Part shown: positions 19,781 to 31,500 of the stretch, one piece after another | Layout of the letters: each line of letters starts with the position of its first letter | How positions within the stretch are numbered: position 1 is the first letter of the stretch | DNA from: Candidatus Poribacteria bacterium | Lineage (GTDB): Bacteria; Poribacteria; WGA-4E; WGA-3G | Length of the DNA stretch: 64,000 bases | Direction: 5' to 3' | Assembly: GCA_965215265.1 (NCBI GenBank) | Contig: OZ244048.1 | Coordinates: 1,504,001 to 1,568,000, forward strand | Notes under the pieces: model-generated | Told to the model about the DNA's origin: nothing | Seen by the model: only the letters and a program-made list of their open reading frames with translations | The model's database searches: none | Made by a program: the position numbers and the translations under genes

Positions 19781-21055
19781 CTAAGCTGAGTTGGAACTCA
19801 GAAACCGCTCAAAATTCCGACCAAACAGGTTGGCGACATCCCGTTCAATTTCCTCTGAAGTGACTGTCCATCCGGAATCCAGCAGATTTTGATATTTCTC
19901 TACGAGAACGTCTGCGATAATCTGGCGGGAATGCTTCCACTTATAGATGAGCTGATCTAAGATGCGGGCATCAGAATGCTGCGGGATCACGCTCAAACCT
20001 AGCAATTCGATCCGTTCGCGGGTAATTTCCTCTATGATGCTAGGATTGTTCATGAACCACCAACATCCGAATATCATGAGGTTTTTGAATTTTCTGCCGA
20101 TAACGCACAATTCATGCTGGTTTTCACGGGAGAGGAGTGTGACGAGGAATTTGTTATCGGGATTGTCGCGGAGAAGCGCTTCCAGACTGGTTAGATCAGC
20201 TTTACCGGTGCCGTCGCCTGCCATTTTCAGCAGGGGGTTGACGGCACGTTTGACCCCAATCATCAGGGCAAAAGGTACATTAAATTCGCGGGATACCGGC
20301 AAAATGCAGTTATCAAAAAGCCGTCCGAGAATGCCCGGGTGTGGATATTGGAAATCAGGTGGAAGCGAGACAGCCATGTATTTAGGCTGCATCCGTTGGA
20401 TCCAGTTCTCTAAGAATCGGCGGACTTCCTTATATGATTTCTCGCAAGAGAGCTGGGCATCAACCTCGTAACCGAGACTGCACAGGTGTTGATAGGCTGT
20501 CTCTTGGTAGTTGTTGATGAGTACATCCATCCTGAGAGCGGCTTGGAAGCGTGGATCCTCGGTGTCTGGAGATGCCCATACAGGTGCCTCTGCTGCGTCG
20601 AACGGGTCATTTGTCATCACAACCTGCTTGACTTTTGCACGTTCAAATACGGTGTCAATAAAGGCTTCAACGGTGGTATCAGCAAAGTAATTGCGATAGT
20701 CGTGAAGGTTGCGTGTACTGACATCTAGTCCAAGTTGGTTCAACGTAGTGATGACCCCACGGCACGCTTCACTCAGTGGAGAGTTTTCGATGAACAAGGT
20801 TTGCCAAATCAGTTCGGCTTGTGTAGGCTTTGACATTGCCCAAAATTCATTGTATGAGACATCAGTTTTGCGGAATACCTCCGCGATGAGATAGTGATAG
20901 GTTAGCAGTTCATCAATTCCCCAGAGCAACAGTTCTCCAAAGGGTGGGCTAAAGAGATGTGTGTGAATATCTGTGACGTTTTGTGAGTTAACTGCGTGAA
21001 GGACGTTAGTTCTGAGTTCAGCTGCGGTTTCAATTTTTGGTTGCGTAGCGTTCAT
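19781..21055 (-). CDS. uxaC: Glucuronate (uronate) isomerase
   Basis: DIHTHL, DELLTYHYL, MTNDPFD, FGCWWF.NNP, QHSDARILDQLIYKW. Confidence 0.88.
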   Translation of the reverse strand: MNATQPKIETAAELRTNVLHAVNSQNVTDIHTHLFSPPFGELLLWGIDELLTYHYLIAEVFRKTDVSYNEFWAMSKPTQAELIWQTLFIENSPLSEACRGVITTLNQLGLDVSTRNLHDYRNYFADTTVEAFIDTVFERAKVKQVVMTNDPFDAAEAPVWASPDTEDPRFQAALRMDVLINNYQETAYQHLCSLGYEVDAQLSCEKSYKEVRRFLENWIQRMQPKYMAVSLPPDFQYPHPGILGRLFDNCILPVSREFNVPFALMIGVKRAVNPLLKMAGDGTGKADLTSLEALLRDNPDNKFLVTLLSRENQHELCVIGRKFKNLMIFGCWWFMNNPSIIEEITRERIELLGLSVIPQHSDARILDQLIYKWKHSRQIIADVLVEKYQNLLDSGWTVTSEEIERDVANLFGRNFERFLSSNSA

Positions 21056-21061
21056 GATGTC

Positions 21062-21526
21062 TCACTCTTCCGTATGCGCGCTGTTGCAGCGAGCGCGTAT
21101 AAAATTAACGACCGGCTCAGGCGGGTACGTCCCAAATCGGACGTAAACACCGCGGAAGTTTTCCAGTCGGGTCGGTTTCGAAAAAGGACTGAGCAAAATC
21201 CCGTTTTTGTCGACGTAAAGGCTCCGGAAAGCGGTCCAGGGCTTCTCTAATCGATAACAACATGCGGTGACAATAAGTGCATCCGTCTCGCATCGGTAGT
21301 GAAAGGGCAGAAAATACTTGTACAACGATCCGGTGAGGAACAGTGTAGAGAGGAACGCGACAGCAACGGACTGGAATCCCCAATAAATAAAGGCGATGAG
21401 GGAGCAGAGTAGAATTACTGTTAGGACGGTTTTCGTCCAATTTTCGACGAGGGGATGCACTGTCCATGAAAGGGGTTCAAGCGTTTCATCAAGCATCGCG
21501 TTCCTGATCAAATTCTCCGTGTGCAA
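21062..21526 (-). CDS. Conserved hypothetical membrane protein
   Basis: Two TM helices then LSPFSKPTRLENFRG; co-oriented downstream of secG. Confidence 0.65.
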   Translation of the reverse strand: MHTENLIRNAMLDETLEPLSWTVHPLVENWTKTVLTVILLCSLIAFIYWGFQSVAVAFLSTLFLTGSLYKYFLPFHYRCETDALIVTACCYRLEKPWTAFRSLYVDKNGILLSPFSKPTRLENFRGVYVRFGTYPPEPVVNFIRARCNSAHTEE

Positions 21527-21538
21527 AGTTTGGCATGT

Positions 21539-21958
21539 CTATTCGGTGTCGTCTGCGGTGCCTCCATCGATCTGAGTTTTTGATTCTTGTCCTGTAGCGT
21601 TCTGCCCTTCTTCAGCGGGCGTTTCGTCAGTAGTTTCAACAGTGGTATCGAGGGGTTCCGGCACGGTTCCTTGTTGGGTCTGTTCCTGTTCAATGGGTGT
21701 AAGTACCCGGCCGCCCTCTTCGCCATAAAAGCGCATGAGGAAAAGCGAAATAACCATGAAGGCGACAGCGAACCAGGTGGTGAGTTTGCCGAGGAAGGTT
21801 GCGGCACCCCTGCCGCCTAGGACAGACTCTATTCCTGCGCCGCCAAACGCGCTTGATGAAAGTCCTTCGCCTTTGCTATCCTGTAATAGGATGACCACGG
21901 TAAGAATAACGCAGACTGGGACGAAGAGAAAAACTGCAAAATTAATTATAATTCCCAT
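21539..21958 (-). CDS. secG: Preprotein translocase subunit SecG
   Basis: VILLQDSKGEGL..AFGG....LG.RGAATFL.KLT; follows tpiA. Confidence 0.92.
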   Translation of the reverse strand: MGIIINFAVFLFVPVCVILTVVILLQDSKGEGLSSSAFGGAGIESVLGGRGAATFLGKLTTWFAVAFMVISLFLMRFYGEEGGRVLTPIEQEQTQQGTVPEPLDTTVETTDETPAEEGQNATGQESKTQIDGGTADDTE

Positions 21959-22016
21959 GAGATATTCCTTATATTAAGAGCGGCGGCTCTTTCTGTATGC
22001 CGCCTCGGTAATCTGA

Positions 22017-22790
22017 TTAGTTGTTGTTTGCAGCGGCTGCACTCTCTTTCACAATTTGTGCGAACGATGCGGCTTCAAGGCTAGCACCGCCGACGAGGGC
22101 CCCGTCGACATCTGGTTGCGCTATGAGTTCGGCTGCGTTCTCTGGTTTAACACTGCCACCGTATTGAATGCATATCTGCTGGGCAATATCATCAGAGCCG
22201 ACTGTTGTGAGCAATTCGCGGATAAATTTGTGAGTTTCCTGGGCCTGTGCCGGTGTAGCGGTTTTGCCTGTGCCGATAGCCCAAACTGGTTCGTACGCGA
22301 TGACAATAGAGAGTAATTCTGTGCTGGTCAATCCGACGGTCGCGCCTGCGACGTGTGCTGCAATCACGGCTTCGGTTTTGCCGGCTGCTCGTTCTTCAAG
22401 TTTTTCGCCGACACAGATGATCGGTGTTAACTTGTGCGCGAGCGCCGCCTTCACTTTGCGATTGACGTTTTCATTAGTTTCTCCGAAGTATTGTCTCCGT
22501 TCTGAATGCCCGATGATAACGTACTGACATCCGACATCTTTCAGCATTTCAGGTGAGACTTCTCCAGTAAATGCCCCGCTGGTTTCCCAATAGACATCTT
22601 GTGCGGCAAGGTGGATATTACTGAATGTTATCGTCCTATTGACTGCGGCGAGCGCGGTAAATGGCGGTGCGACTACAATCTCAACGTCCGTGGCCCCGGC
22701 AACGAGTTGCTTTAATTCCGTCGTCAACAGTACAGCCTCTGTAACCGTTTTGTTCAGTTTCCAATTTCCAGCGATGATAGGTTTTCTCAT
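22017..22790 (-). CDS. tpiA: Triosephosphate isomerase
   Basis: [34 protein letters not shown]. Confidence 0.98.
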   Translation of the reverse strand: MRKPIIAGNWKLNKTVTEAVLLTTELKQLVAGATDVEIVVAPPFTALAAVNRTITFSNIHLAAQDVYWETSGAFTGEVSPEMLKDVGCQYVIIGHSERRQYFGETNENVNRKVKAALAHKLTPIICVGEKLEERAAGKTEAVIAAHVAGATVGLTSTELLSIVIAYEPVWAIGTGKTATPAQAQETHKFIRELLTTVGSDDIAQQICIQYGGSVKPENAAELIAQPDVDGALVGGASLEAASFAQIVKESAAAANNN

Positions 22791-22839
22791 AAACCTCCCC
22801 AAATTTTCAATTTTTCTATGTCAATGGCAATGCGCCGCG

Positions 22840-23844
22840 TTATAGGACTCGGGCGACGAGTTCAACGAGGCGATTGGAATAGCCCCATTCGTTATCGTAC
22901 CAGGATAAGACCTTGATTAGGCCACCTTCAATGACTTTGGTGAAAGGGGCATCGAACACAGAGGAGAGTTTGTTTCCGTTGAAATCAGATGAAACGAGGT
23001 CGAGGTCGGAATAGCCGAGAATTCCATCCAGGTTATTTTCGGCCGCGGCTTTGACAGCGGAATTGACCTCGTCTACGTCGGGGTTCTGCTTTAAATCTAC
23101 GGTGAGGTCTACGACAGAGACGTTGGGTGTCGGGACGCGTATTGCGAATCCATCAAGTTTTCCGTTGAGTTCAGGGAGTACTTTTCCGACTGCGACAGCG
23201 GCGCCGGTTGTGGTTGGGATCATTGATAGAGTTGCGGCACGTGCGCGTCGCATATCCGAGTGCGGAAAATCGTGAACGCGCTGGTCACCTGTGTAGGCGT
23301 GTACCGTGGTCATCAAGCCGCTTTCAATTCCAAAGGATTCATGGAGGACTTTCGCAACAGGAGCTAAGCAGTTTGTGGTGCAAGATGCATTGGAAATGAC
23401 GTGATGATTCGCGGTATCGTATTTGTCATCGTTCACGCCGAGAACGATAGTGATGTCTTCACCTTTCGCAGGTGCGGAGATAACGACTTTCTTCGCCCCG
23501 CCGGCGGTGATATGCTTTTCGGCATCCTCGCGCGCTGTGAAGAAACCTGTGGATTCAATGACAACGTCAACGCCGAGCTCACCCCAGGGCAGATTGCCGG
23601 GGTCGCGTTCCGCCAGTACACGAATTTCCTTTCCGTTGACGACCAGCCCGTTGTCAGTTGCCGAGATGTCATCCGACAAGATACCATGGATAGAATCATA
23701 CTGGAGCAGATGCGCCAGTGTTTCAGGGTTCGTTAAATCGTTCACAGCCACAAAATTTATATCGAGTGCCGGATTCTGTAAGGCGGCTCTAAACGCATTA
23801 CGCCCAATCCGACCAAAACCGTTGATACCTACTTTAGTTGGCAT
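22840..23844 (-). CDS. gap: Type I glyceraldehyde-3-phosphate dehydrogenase
   Basis: [30 protein letters not shown]; start ATG 23844. Confidence 0.98.
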   Translation of the reverse strand: MPTKVGINGFGRIGRNAFRAALQNPALDINFVAVNDLTNPETLAHLLQYDSIHGILSDDISATDNGLVVNGKEIRVLAERDPGNLPWGELGVDVVIESTGFFTAREDAEKHITAGGAKKVVISAPAKGEDITIVLGVNDDKYDTANHHVISNASCTTNCLAPVAKVLHESFGIESGLMTTVHAYTGDQRVHDFPHSDMRRARAATLSMIPTTTGAAVAVGKVLPELNGKLDGFAIRVPTPNVSVVDLTVDLKQNPDVDEVNSAVKAAAENNLDGILGYSDLDLVSSDFNGNKLSSVFDAPFTKVIEGGLIKVLSWYDNEWGYSNRLVELVARVL

Positions 23845-24011
23845 AACCTCAATACACTCTCCTTTATAGTTTGAATCCACTTTATTAATAGTTTACCCTA
23901 TTTTATGTTCGTTTTTGTCAAGAGAAACCGGATCCATTAGCTTTTATCTTAATTATACCATGTTATGCGATGAATTGCAAGTGAGATTTGCGGATGCAGG
24001 CAAAATGCCTA

Positions 24012-24040
24012 TTGACATTTTACAACGTTTGGTATATCCT
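24012..24040 (+). promoter_or_regulatory. Sigma70-type promoter close to ATG 24050 (possibly leaderless transcript)
   Basis: TTGACA-17 bp-TATCCT, ATG 9 bp further on. Confidence 0.5.
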
Positions 24041-24049
24041 ATTGCTATC

Positions 24050-24868
24050 ATGACAAAGAGACATAACAGACCCATTCAACCGACCGGGAGTTTTCGGGCG
24101 ATTCCAGTTGCCGTTCCCGAAAATTTAGCCAATATCCGGATTATTTTATTTGAACCGCGCGAGCCGGGAAATATCGGTTCCGTTGCCAGAGTGGTGAAGG
24201 GGATGGGACTCTCTCAGCTCTATCTGGTGAATCCTGTCCCATTTCATAATGTTGATGCGGCGTGGTATATGGCGCACGGTGCGAAGGATATCCTTGAAAA
24301 CTGCGTTGTCGTAAACGCGTTAAAAGATGCTCTCGTCGATATCCAGTATCTAGTCGGGACAACGCACCGTCGGCGCGATATGCGGCTCCCGCAGCCAGTA
24401 CCTGCGCGCGAAGCGGCACAAACACTCGCCTCTATCTCGCAGGATAAACAGGTCGCGCTGCTGTTTGGGCGAGAAGACTTCGGATTGTCCACAGATCAGA
24501 TGAGTCTATGTCAATTGACAGCGAGCGTGCCGATGGCGACGAAGAACCCGTCTTTGAACCTTGCCCAAGCGGTGCAGATTTTCGCTTATGAGGTTTTCAT
24601 TGCAAGTTTGGCGGAGGTTCCAGCAGCTTCAATTGAGTATGCGGAAGTGAACGCGTTGGAAGAATTCTACGGGCGAGTGACGCGTTTGCTTGACAAGGTA
24701 GGGATGTCTCCTTACAACCATGAGTGGGAGACGTATCTGAGATCGTTGCGGCGGGTCTTTTCACGTGCCCCGTTAGAAGAGCGGGATATTGCCACGTTGG
24801 ATATGATTTTCTCGACAACATATCGTTATATAGAGCGGTTGGAGAAGAAGGTCGAGAATTCAGGTTGA
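24050..24868 (+). CDS. TrmJ/LasT family SPOUT RNA methyltransferase
   Basis: EPREPGNIGSVAR, LLFGREDFGLS, SLNLAQAV. Confidence 0.88.
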   Translation: MTKRHNRPIQPTGSFRAIPVAVPENLANIRIILFEPREPGNIGSVARVVKGMGLSQLYLVNPVPFHNVDAAWYMAHGAKDILENCVVVNALKDALVDIQYLVGTTHRRRDMRLPQPVPAREAAQTLASISQDKQVALLFGREDFGLSTDQMSLCQLTASVPMATKNPSLNLAQAVQIFAYEVFIASLAEVPAASIEYAEVNALEEFYGRVTRLLDKVGMSPYNHEWETYLRSLRRVFSRAPLEERDIATLDMIFSTTYRYIERLEKKVENSG

Positions 24869-24923
24869 AATATTAGAACGGATTGAGGTATGATATTTTA
24901 TACACCACGACACGAGCCTCTTT

Positions 24924-25994
24924 ATGAAAACTGACCATAAGCTCCTTTTTCAAAATGCCCAAGATTTAAAAGCAATTGCTTCGGAAACCATCGATCTGGT
25001 CGTTACCTCGCCTCCATATCCGATGATTGAAATGTGGGATGCTCTGTTTAGTACCCAGAACTCCAAGATTCAGAAAATGTTAGCGTCTGGCAATGGGAGA
25101 CAGGCTTATGAGTTGATGCACGAGATTCTCGATCCTGTATGGGATGAAGTGTTTAGGGTTTTAAAGAATGGGAGATTCGCCTGCATTAATATTGGTGATG
25201 CAACTAGGAAGGTCGGGGCTGATTTTTGTTTGTACCCAAACCATGCGAGAATCTTGAATTATCTCTTAAGTATCGGGTTTTCTGCGTTACCCGATATCCT
25301 CTGGCGCAAACGGACCAACGCACCTAATAAATTTATGGGTTCTGGGATGCTCCCGGCGGGTGCTTATGTGACGCTAGAACACGAATATATCGTTATTGTG
25401 AGAAAAGGTTCGAAAAGAGAATTTAAAAGTGAGTCTGAAAAGGAAAATAGACGCGAAAGCGCGCTGTTTTGGGAGGAAAGGAATGTCTGGTACTCAGATG
25501 TTTGGATGGATATTCGGGGGGCAAAGCAGGACATCTCTAATACGATGTCGAGATCGAGGAGTGCAGCCTTTCCATTTGATTTAGTTTATCGGCTCATCAA
25601 TATGTATTCTGTGAAAGGGGATGTCGTCCTTGATCCGTTTTTGGGGACTGGAACGACGGTGGCAGCAGCAATGACATCGGCCCGCAACAGTATCGGTGTT
25701 GAAATCGACAACGGTTTTCAAGCGTCGATTTGTCAGGTCGTACACCATATTGTCAATTCCTCTAATAATTACCTGAAAGATAGATTGCTAAGACATTTTG
25801 AGTTTGTCCAAAACCGGATCCAAAATGCTAAGCCCGTGAAATATACAAATATGCATTACGGCTTTCCGGTGATGACAAGTCAAGAGAGGTCTATTTTGTT
25901 GAATGGCTTAAAACAGGTTCAAAGTTGCAAGGGTAATACCTTTGAGGTTACGTATGCAACGGAATCTCAAACTATCGTCTGGCAGAACCTATGA
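24924..25994 (+). CDS. Beta-class N4-cytosine/N6-adenine DNA methyltransferase
   Basis: LVVTSPPY motif IV precedes VLDPFLGTGTT motif I. Confidence 0.9.
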   Translation: MKTDHKLLFQNAQDLKAIASETIDLVVTSPPYPMIEMWDALFSTQNSKIQKMLASGNGRQAYELMHEILDPVWDEVFRVLKNGRFACINIGDATRKVGADFCLYPNHARILNYLLSIGFSALPDILWRKRTNAPNKFMGSGMLPAGAYVTLEHEYIVIVRKGSKREFKSESEKENRRESALFWEERNVWYSDVWMDIRGAKQDISNTMSRSRSAAFPFDLVYRLINMYSVKGDVVLDPFLGTGTTVAAAMTSARNSIGVEIDNGFQASICQVVHHIVNSSNNYLKDRLLRHFEFVQNRIQNAKPVKYTNMHYGFPVMTSQERSILLNGLKQVQSCKGNTFEVTYATESQTIVWQNL

Positions 25995-26065
25995 AGAATC
26001 TCAAGGTATAGATGGATTCGTAGGTGAAGAAGCGTATTCTATTAAACCTAACACCTATAAGAGAT
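25990..26065 (+). pseudogene. Remnant resembling the C-terminus of an MjaI-family restriction endonuclease
   Basis: EESQGIDGFVGEEAYSIKPNTYK resembles the EES.GIDG......SIKP..Y motif from memory; no N-terminal part present. Confidence 0.55.
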
Positions 26066-26208
26066 TACTAATAAATCGTCTTTATGAGAGGAGCGGTAGT
26101 CCTCATAGAATAGTGGATAGACCGCAACACAAGTTTCCGTTTGAAGTTTTTGAGAAGTTAAGGTATTATATTTACAAGGTTAATCTGACAGCAGAAGGTT
26201 TTTTTTAG

Positions 26209-28494
26209 ATGCATAAAATCAAAAGTGAGACAAAGAGTATTAAGGAGCTTTTTAAATCTGAGTATACACTTGATTACTACCAGCGTGAATACGTTTGGCA
26301 ACGTATCCATGTGCGTCAGCTTATTGATGACCTCACGGTTCAATTTTTAGCGAATTATGATGAAACACATAATCGCGATCAAGGAAAGAACTATAGCTAT
26401 TATTTCCTCGGTTCAATTATCATCCGAAAAGAAGGAACTCAACGATTTATTATTGACGGTCAGCAGCGGCTCACGACGTTGACGCTTCTCCTGATTAAAC
26501 TCCAACACTTGCTGGAGGATAAAAGTCAAATTGCCCCCCTTATCTTCTCGGAGCATTTCGGGAAAAAGTCATTCAAACTTAATATTCCAGAACGGAAAGA
26601 GATTATGGAGAAACTCTGTTTAGTTGGATCATTTGATGACAAAGACCAGCCTATACTTATTAAGAACATTAATGCGCGCTATAGGGATATTGAGTCAATT
26701 TTTCAGAGTCTTCCGGAACAAGCGCTTCCATATTTCGTTGATTGGCTGCTTGAAAGAGTTTGCTTTGTAGAAATCACTGCCAACTCCGAGAATGATGCTT
26801 ACACGATATTTGAGACAATGAACGACCGGGGGTTATCCCTAACTGCTGCCGATATGCTTAGAGGATATTTGCTGTCGAATATTACCGATAGTGACCTTAG
26901 AGAGACTGCAAGCAGTGTTTGGCGAAAGCGGAGTCAATCGCTACAAGGTATAGGCAAGGACGAGGGGCGAAAGCGGAGTCAATCGCTACAAGGTCGCAAG
27001 GACGAGGATGGAAACGCGATTAAAGCATGGCTGCGCAGTCAATACTCGAGCGGAGTCAGTGATTTTGACGCAATTGGTAAGGAATTCCACCGGTGGGTCC
27101 GTAACCAAGCGGAGGATTTAGGTCTTAAGTCAAGTGAAGCCTTTGCAAATTTTATTAGACAGGACTTCGATTTTTATGGTGATCAGTATTGCCGTTTGCG
27201 CCAAGCAGCTAAATCGCTGACTCCCGGACTTGAATGTGTCTATTACAACGCATTAAACAATTTTACGCTCCAGTATATGTTTCTGTTATCTCTGTTAAGT
27301 GTAAGCGATACAGAAGAAGAAATCTCTGATAAGATAAGAATTGGTGCGCTGTTCCTTGATATCTTAATCCATAGGCGTATCTGGAATAACCTAGCCATCT
27401 CCCAAAGTACCATGGCAGACGAGCTGCCACGAAGTATACCGACTTTCAGGGGCAAGTGTAGCAACGAATTGAGAAATATATTGTATGAAGAACTTATGGA
27501 ACCTACTCTGATTTTTGCTAAGAATGAGCGTCTGACTTTTGCTAGGAATCCGTGGTTCAGTTTACACGGTGGAAACCGACGCAGGATATCTCTAATTCTG
27601 GCTAGAATGACAGATTACGTGGAAGTGCAATCTCAAAGACCGGCTCATTTTTCTGATTACGTCCGGGGAGGCAAAAATAGTTATGAGATTGAACACATCT
27701 GGGCGAAGGATGGGGTTAGTCATCTATCTGAATTTTCTCCGCATGAGTTTGATGAGTATCGTGACCGGATAGGAGGTTTACTACTTTTGCCAAGGAGAAT
27801 TAATGCCAGTTACGGTGATTTACGTTATGAAGAGAAGCGTCATTACTACCTCCGTGAGAATTTGCTTGCGGCAAGTCTCCACGAGCAGACCTACGAGCGC
27901 AATCCTGGCTTTAAAAAGTTTATTGAAGACAGCGGTTTGCCCTTCAAGCCGCATCCTGGATTTAATAAAAATGATCTTGATGAACGTCAACAGCTCTATC
28001 AGCAAATTGCGGAGCGAATCTGGAACCCGGAGCGTCTGAAACTCCCTTATGGAGAAGAACCGTCGGAAGCCCATCCTTATGATTCACTGCATCAAGATCC
28101 GGAAGTGGGGACAATAGAACGGATTAAGAATTTAATTCCTGAAGACCGTAGAAAATACTACGAAACGCACTATCGGCAAAGAATCGACCAATTTTACCTG
28201 CGTGTTGCAGAGTTAAAGAATTTTGTAGAAGAAAAAGGGTGGAAGTTAGAGCTCAGATTTCGGAAGTCCTACTGTGCTTTTTATTTAAAAAACCGCTTAG
28301 TATTTGGGGTGATCTTAAACCCGCCAAGATTTGCTGCGTGGATGACAAAGCAAGAGGCAGTGATGTGTAATAGATACTGTAAATTTGAACGTTATAGTCC
28401 CCAGCATCGACGTGCTGTTTATCCAATAGGTACGACAATAGATACCATTAGACCTATTCTTGAATTTTCGTATAGTAAACATCAGATAGATTGA
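26209..28494 (+). CDS. GmrSD-family (DUF262 + DUF1524/HNH) type IV restriction protein with C-terminal extension
   Basis: YQREYVW, FLGSII, IDGQQRLTT, IFETMNDRG..L; EIEHIW...GGLLLL...IN. Confidence 0.88.
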   Translation: MHKIKSETKSIKELFKSEYTLDYYQREYVWQRIHVRQLIDDLTVQFLANYDETHNRDQGKNYSYYFLGSIIIRKEGTQRFIIDGQQRLTTLTLLLIKLQHLLEDKSQIAPLIFSEHFGKKSFKLNIPERKEIMEKLCLVGSFDDKDQPILIKNINARYRDIESIFQSLPEQALPYFVDWLLERVCFVEITANSENDAYTIFETMNDRGLSLTAADMLRGYLLSNITDSDLRETASSVWRKRSQSLQGIGKDEGRKRSQSLQGRKDEDGNAIKAWLRSQYSSGVSDFDAIGKEFHRWVRNQAEDLGLKSSEAFANFIRQDFDFYGDQYCRLRQAAKSLTPGLECVYYNALNNFTLQYMFLLSLLSVSDTEEEISDKIRIGALFLDILIHRRIWNNLAISQSTMADELPRSIPTFRGKCSNELRNILYEELMEPTLIFAKNERLTFARNPWFSLHGGNRRRISLILARMTDYVEVQSQRPAHFSDYVRGGKNSYEIEHIWAKDGVSHLSEFSPHEFDEYRDRIGGLLLLPRRINASYGDLRYEEKRHYYLRENLLAASLHEQTYERNPGFKKFIEDSGLPFKPHPGFNKNDLDERQQLYQQIAERIWNPERLKLPYGEEPSEAHPYDSLHQDPEVGTIERIKNLIPEDRRKYYETHYRQRIDQFYLRVAELKNFVEEKGWKLELRFRKSYCAFYLKNRLVFGVILNPPRFAAWMTKQEAVMCNRYCKFERYSPQHRRAVYPIGTTIDTIRPILEFSYSKHQID
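26921..27007. repeat. In-frame tandem duplication (45 + 42 bp) inside GmrSD
   Basis: GGCGAAAGCGGAGTCAATCGCTACAAGGT at 26921 and 26966; encodes RKRSQSLQG twice. Confidence 0.9.
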
Positions 28495-28520
28495 TACCCT
28501 CACCGCGAACGTGATTTAAG

Positions 28521-31500
28521 ATGCGATATATTAAACCGATTGTTTGGCTCATTTTTATCCTCTCTGGTGCGAGTGGACTCATCTATGAAGTGATCTGGAT
28601 GCGGCAGTTGACGCTCGTCTTCGGAAGTACCGTCTTTGCGACAAGCACAGTACTGACGGCATTCATGGCCGGTTTAGCGCTTGGCAGCTTCTATTTTGGT
28701 CGAAAAATTGACGAAAGCGACGCGTCCCCGCTGCAGTTCTACGCACTATTGGAAGCAGGCATCGGTGTCTTCTGTCTAGTATGGCCGCTGATTCTAAGCG
28801 TCTTAACGGCCCTCTACGTGCTTATCTATCGGAACGTAACATCGGAGTTCTACACCCTCTCACTCATCCGGTTCGCTTTAACGTTTTTGGTAATCCTCGT
28901 TCCATCAACTTTGATGGGCGGTACGTTGCCGGTATTGACGCGTTTCTTCGTCCGGGAAATAGAGCGGCTCGGTATCAATGTCGGCATTCTGTATGCGTTG
29001 AACACCTTCGGTGCTGTGCTCGGATGCGTTGCGGCGGCTTTTTTTCTCATTGAGCGTGTCGGAATTCAACAGACGCTCCTTGTGGGTATTGCTATCAATT
29101 TTGCGGTGGCACTGGTTGCGTTTCTCCTAGAAAAGGGCGTTAACCGGGTGGAAGTCCGTGATGACTCCTTGCGTATGTCAGAGCCTGAAGGCGAGCGGGG
29201 AGTTGGGCTCCCACCCAAATCCCAAATCCTTTCTTCATCTCTCCGACGTTTGATGTTAGTCGCCATCGGGATTTCAGGCTTCTGTGCGTTGGCGTACGAA
29301 GTGTTGTGGACGCGAATTTTAGTCTTTTTCTTAGGAAGTACGACCTATGCGTTTGCGACAATGCTCGCTGCGTTCTTGTTCGGTATTGGATTGGGCAGTT
29401 TTCTGTTTGCTAGATGGATAGACAGGCTGCAGAATCCGACGGCCATTTTCGGGGTACTCCAACTCGGTATCGGTTTGTCTGCCCTGCTGCTCCTCCCGGC
29501 GTTTGAGGAATTGTATGGGATGAGTCGAGCGTTTCAATCAATCTTCGGCGGTGCGCGGTTCTGGGCGTTCTTCTCGTGTTTTCTTGTGATGAGCGTGCCA
29601 ACCGTTTTAATGGGTGGCAGTTTCCCCTTAGTCGCCAAAATTTACACGAGGGGTCCGAAGTGGCAGCGCGGGCAAGACGGTGGCGCGGTTATAGACGGTG
29701 AAAGCACCGAAAAAATCGGTCGGAGCATTGGCAACGTTTACGCGGTAAACACAGTCGGAAGCATCCTCGGCGCGTTTTGCGCAGGCTTCCTACTCATTCC
29801 ACTCTTAGGAATCCGACCGAGCCTTGTTCTGATTGTCGCACTAAACACCGGGCTCGGGTGTTGGCTAATTATAGGCGGTACGCGTGAGGTATCGAGTCCG
29901 TTTCTACAAGGAATTAGCATCGGTACGCCGATACTGAACGTCGGTTTGGCAGTTATCCTGCTCTTGACAGTGAATCAACCGCTCTTCTTGAAGAGTGCGA
30001 TTTTCAAAACGCAACGTCCCGGGGATACGCTTGTCGATTACAATGAGGAAGTGGATGCGACGGTGACAACGCTCAAAGATGATGAAGGGGTGTACCGGCT
30101 GTATGTCGATACAAATCAGGCGGCGGATGCATCTCGGTGGGATTCGCCATCGCACCGCGTCATAGCCCACTTACCCTTGCTGTTGCATCCGCGTCCTAAG
30201 CGGGCACTCGTAGTAGGTTTCGGCATGGGACTCACGTCCCATTCAATTACACAACATGGCGTACGAGTGGATGCCGTCGAGTTATCACACGGTGTGATTG
30301 ATGCGGCACGACAACATTTTACACACATCAACGGCAATGTATTTGAGAATGAACTTTTTAATTGGACACTCAACGATGGGCGGAACTACATCCTGATGAC
30401 GCATGAGAAATATGATATGATTTCAACAGGGATTATCCATCCGCTTGTCAGTGCGGGGAGTTCGAATATTTATACAGCGGACTTTTACCGGTTGTGTCAA
30501 CGTATCCTGACTCAGCAAGGCGTGATGTGCCAGTGGGTGCCGTTGCATCGTCTCCCGGAATCGCATTATAAGATGATTGTTAGGACGTTCATTGAGGTGT
30601 TTCCGCACACGACGCTTTGGTATAAATACACACCGGATTTTGTGATTCTCATCGGGGCACCCAAGCCGCTCTCAATTGACTATAAAAACTTTATTGCGCG
30701 TGCCCAGATAGCGAGCATCCGAAACGGACTCGCTGCCGATGACCTGGACGGGCTCTCCTTGCTGGATTCGTTTATGATGGGTCCGGAAGCGGTTCGGCGT
30801 TATGTGGGTGCGGGTCCCATCCACTCTGATAACCGTCCGCAATTGGAATTTTTCAAAGGTGCGGCGTTAGTTAACACTACAGCACAAAATATTACGGGGA
30901 TGGCTGAATACCGTGAGCAGGTCACGCCCTATCTCATCAATTACGGTAAAACCTTGGCAGAGCAAACTGCGATTCGCCTGAAAATAGAGAACTACTTTCA
31001 GGCAACAGAGAAGTTAATTCAGGGGCAGATTGCGTATGCCAATGCGCAGTATGATAGCGCTGCGTCTCTGATGAACGAAGCGGTGAAAATCAATCCGGCA
31101 GACGAAACCATCCGCTACAATTTCGGCATCGTCTCTGGGCTGATTCGCGAAGGCGAACGGGAAGAGCTGCGGCAGCTTGAAAAGCAGGTCCAAAGCACTT
31201 TGACACGGAATCCCGATGATATTCAGGGGCATCTCTATTTGGCGACGCTCTATGAGATGCAAGGTGAGCTCGCAAAGGCCACAAACGAATTGGAAACCGT
31301 GCTGAAACAGACACCTGACAGATTGGATGTCTATATGCTGTTAGGTCCATTGTACGAACGCCAACAGCGAAATAAAGACGCACTGCGCACCTACCAACGG
31401 CTTGAACAGCATGAGAGTGAGTTACCTGCCCCAATATTCGCCGCGATGGCACAGCTCCATCTCATCTTAAAAAATCTAGATGAGGCGGAACGGTATGGAC

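Noticed and set aside
21539-23844. gap-tpiA-secG cluster lacking pgk
   Set aside because: Rearranged glycolytic operons are common; pgk may lie elsewhere.
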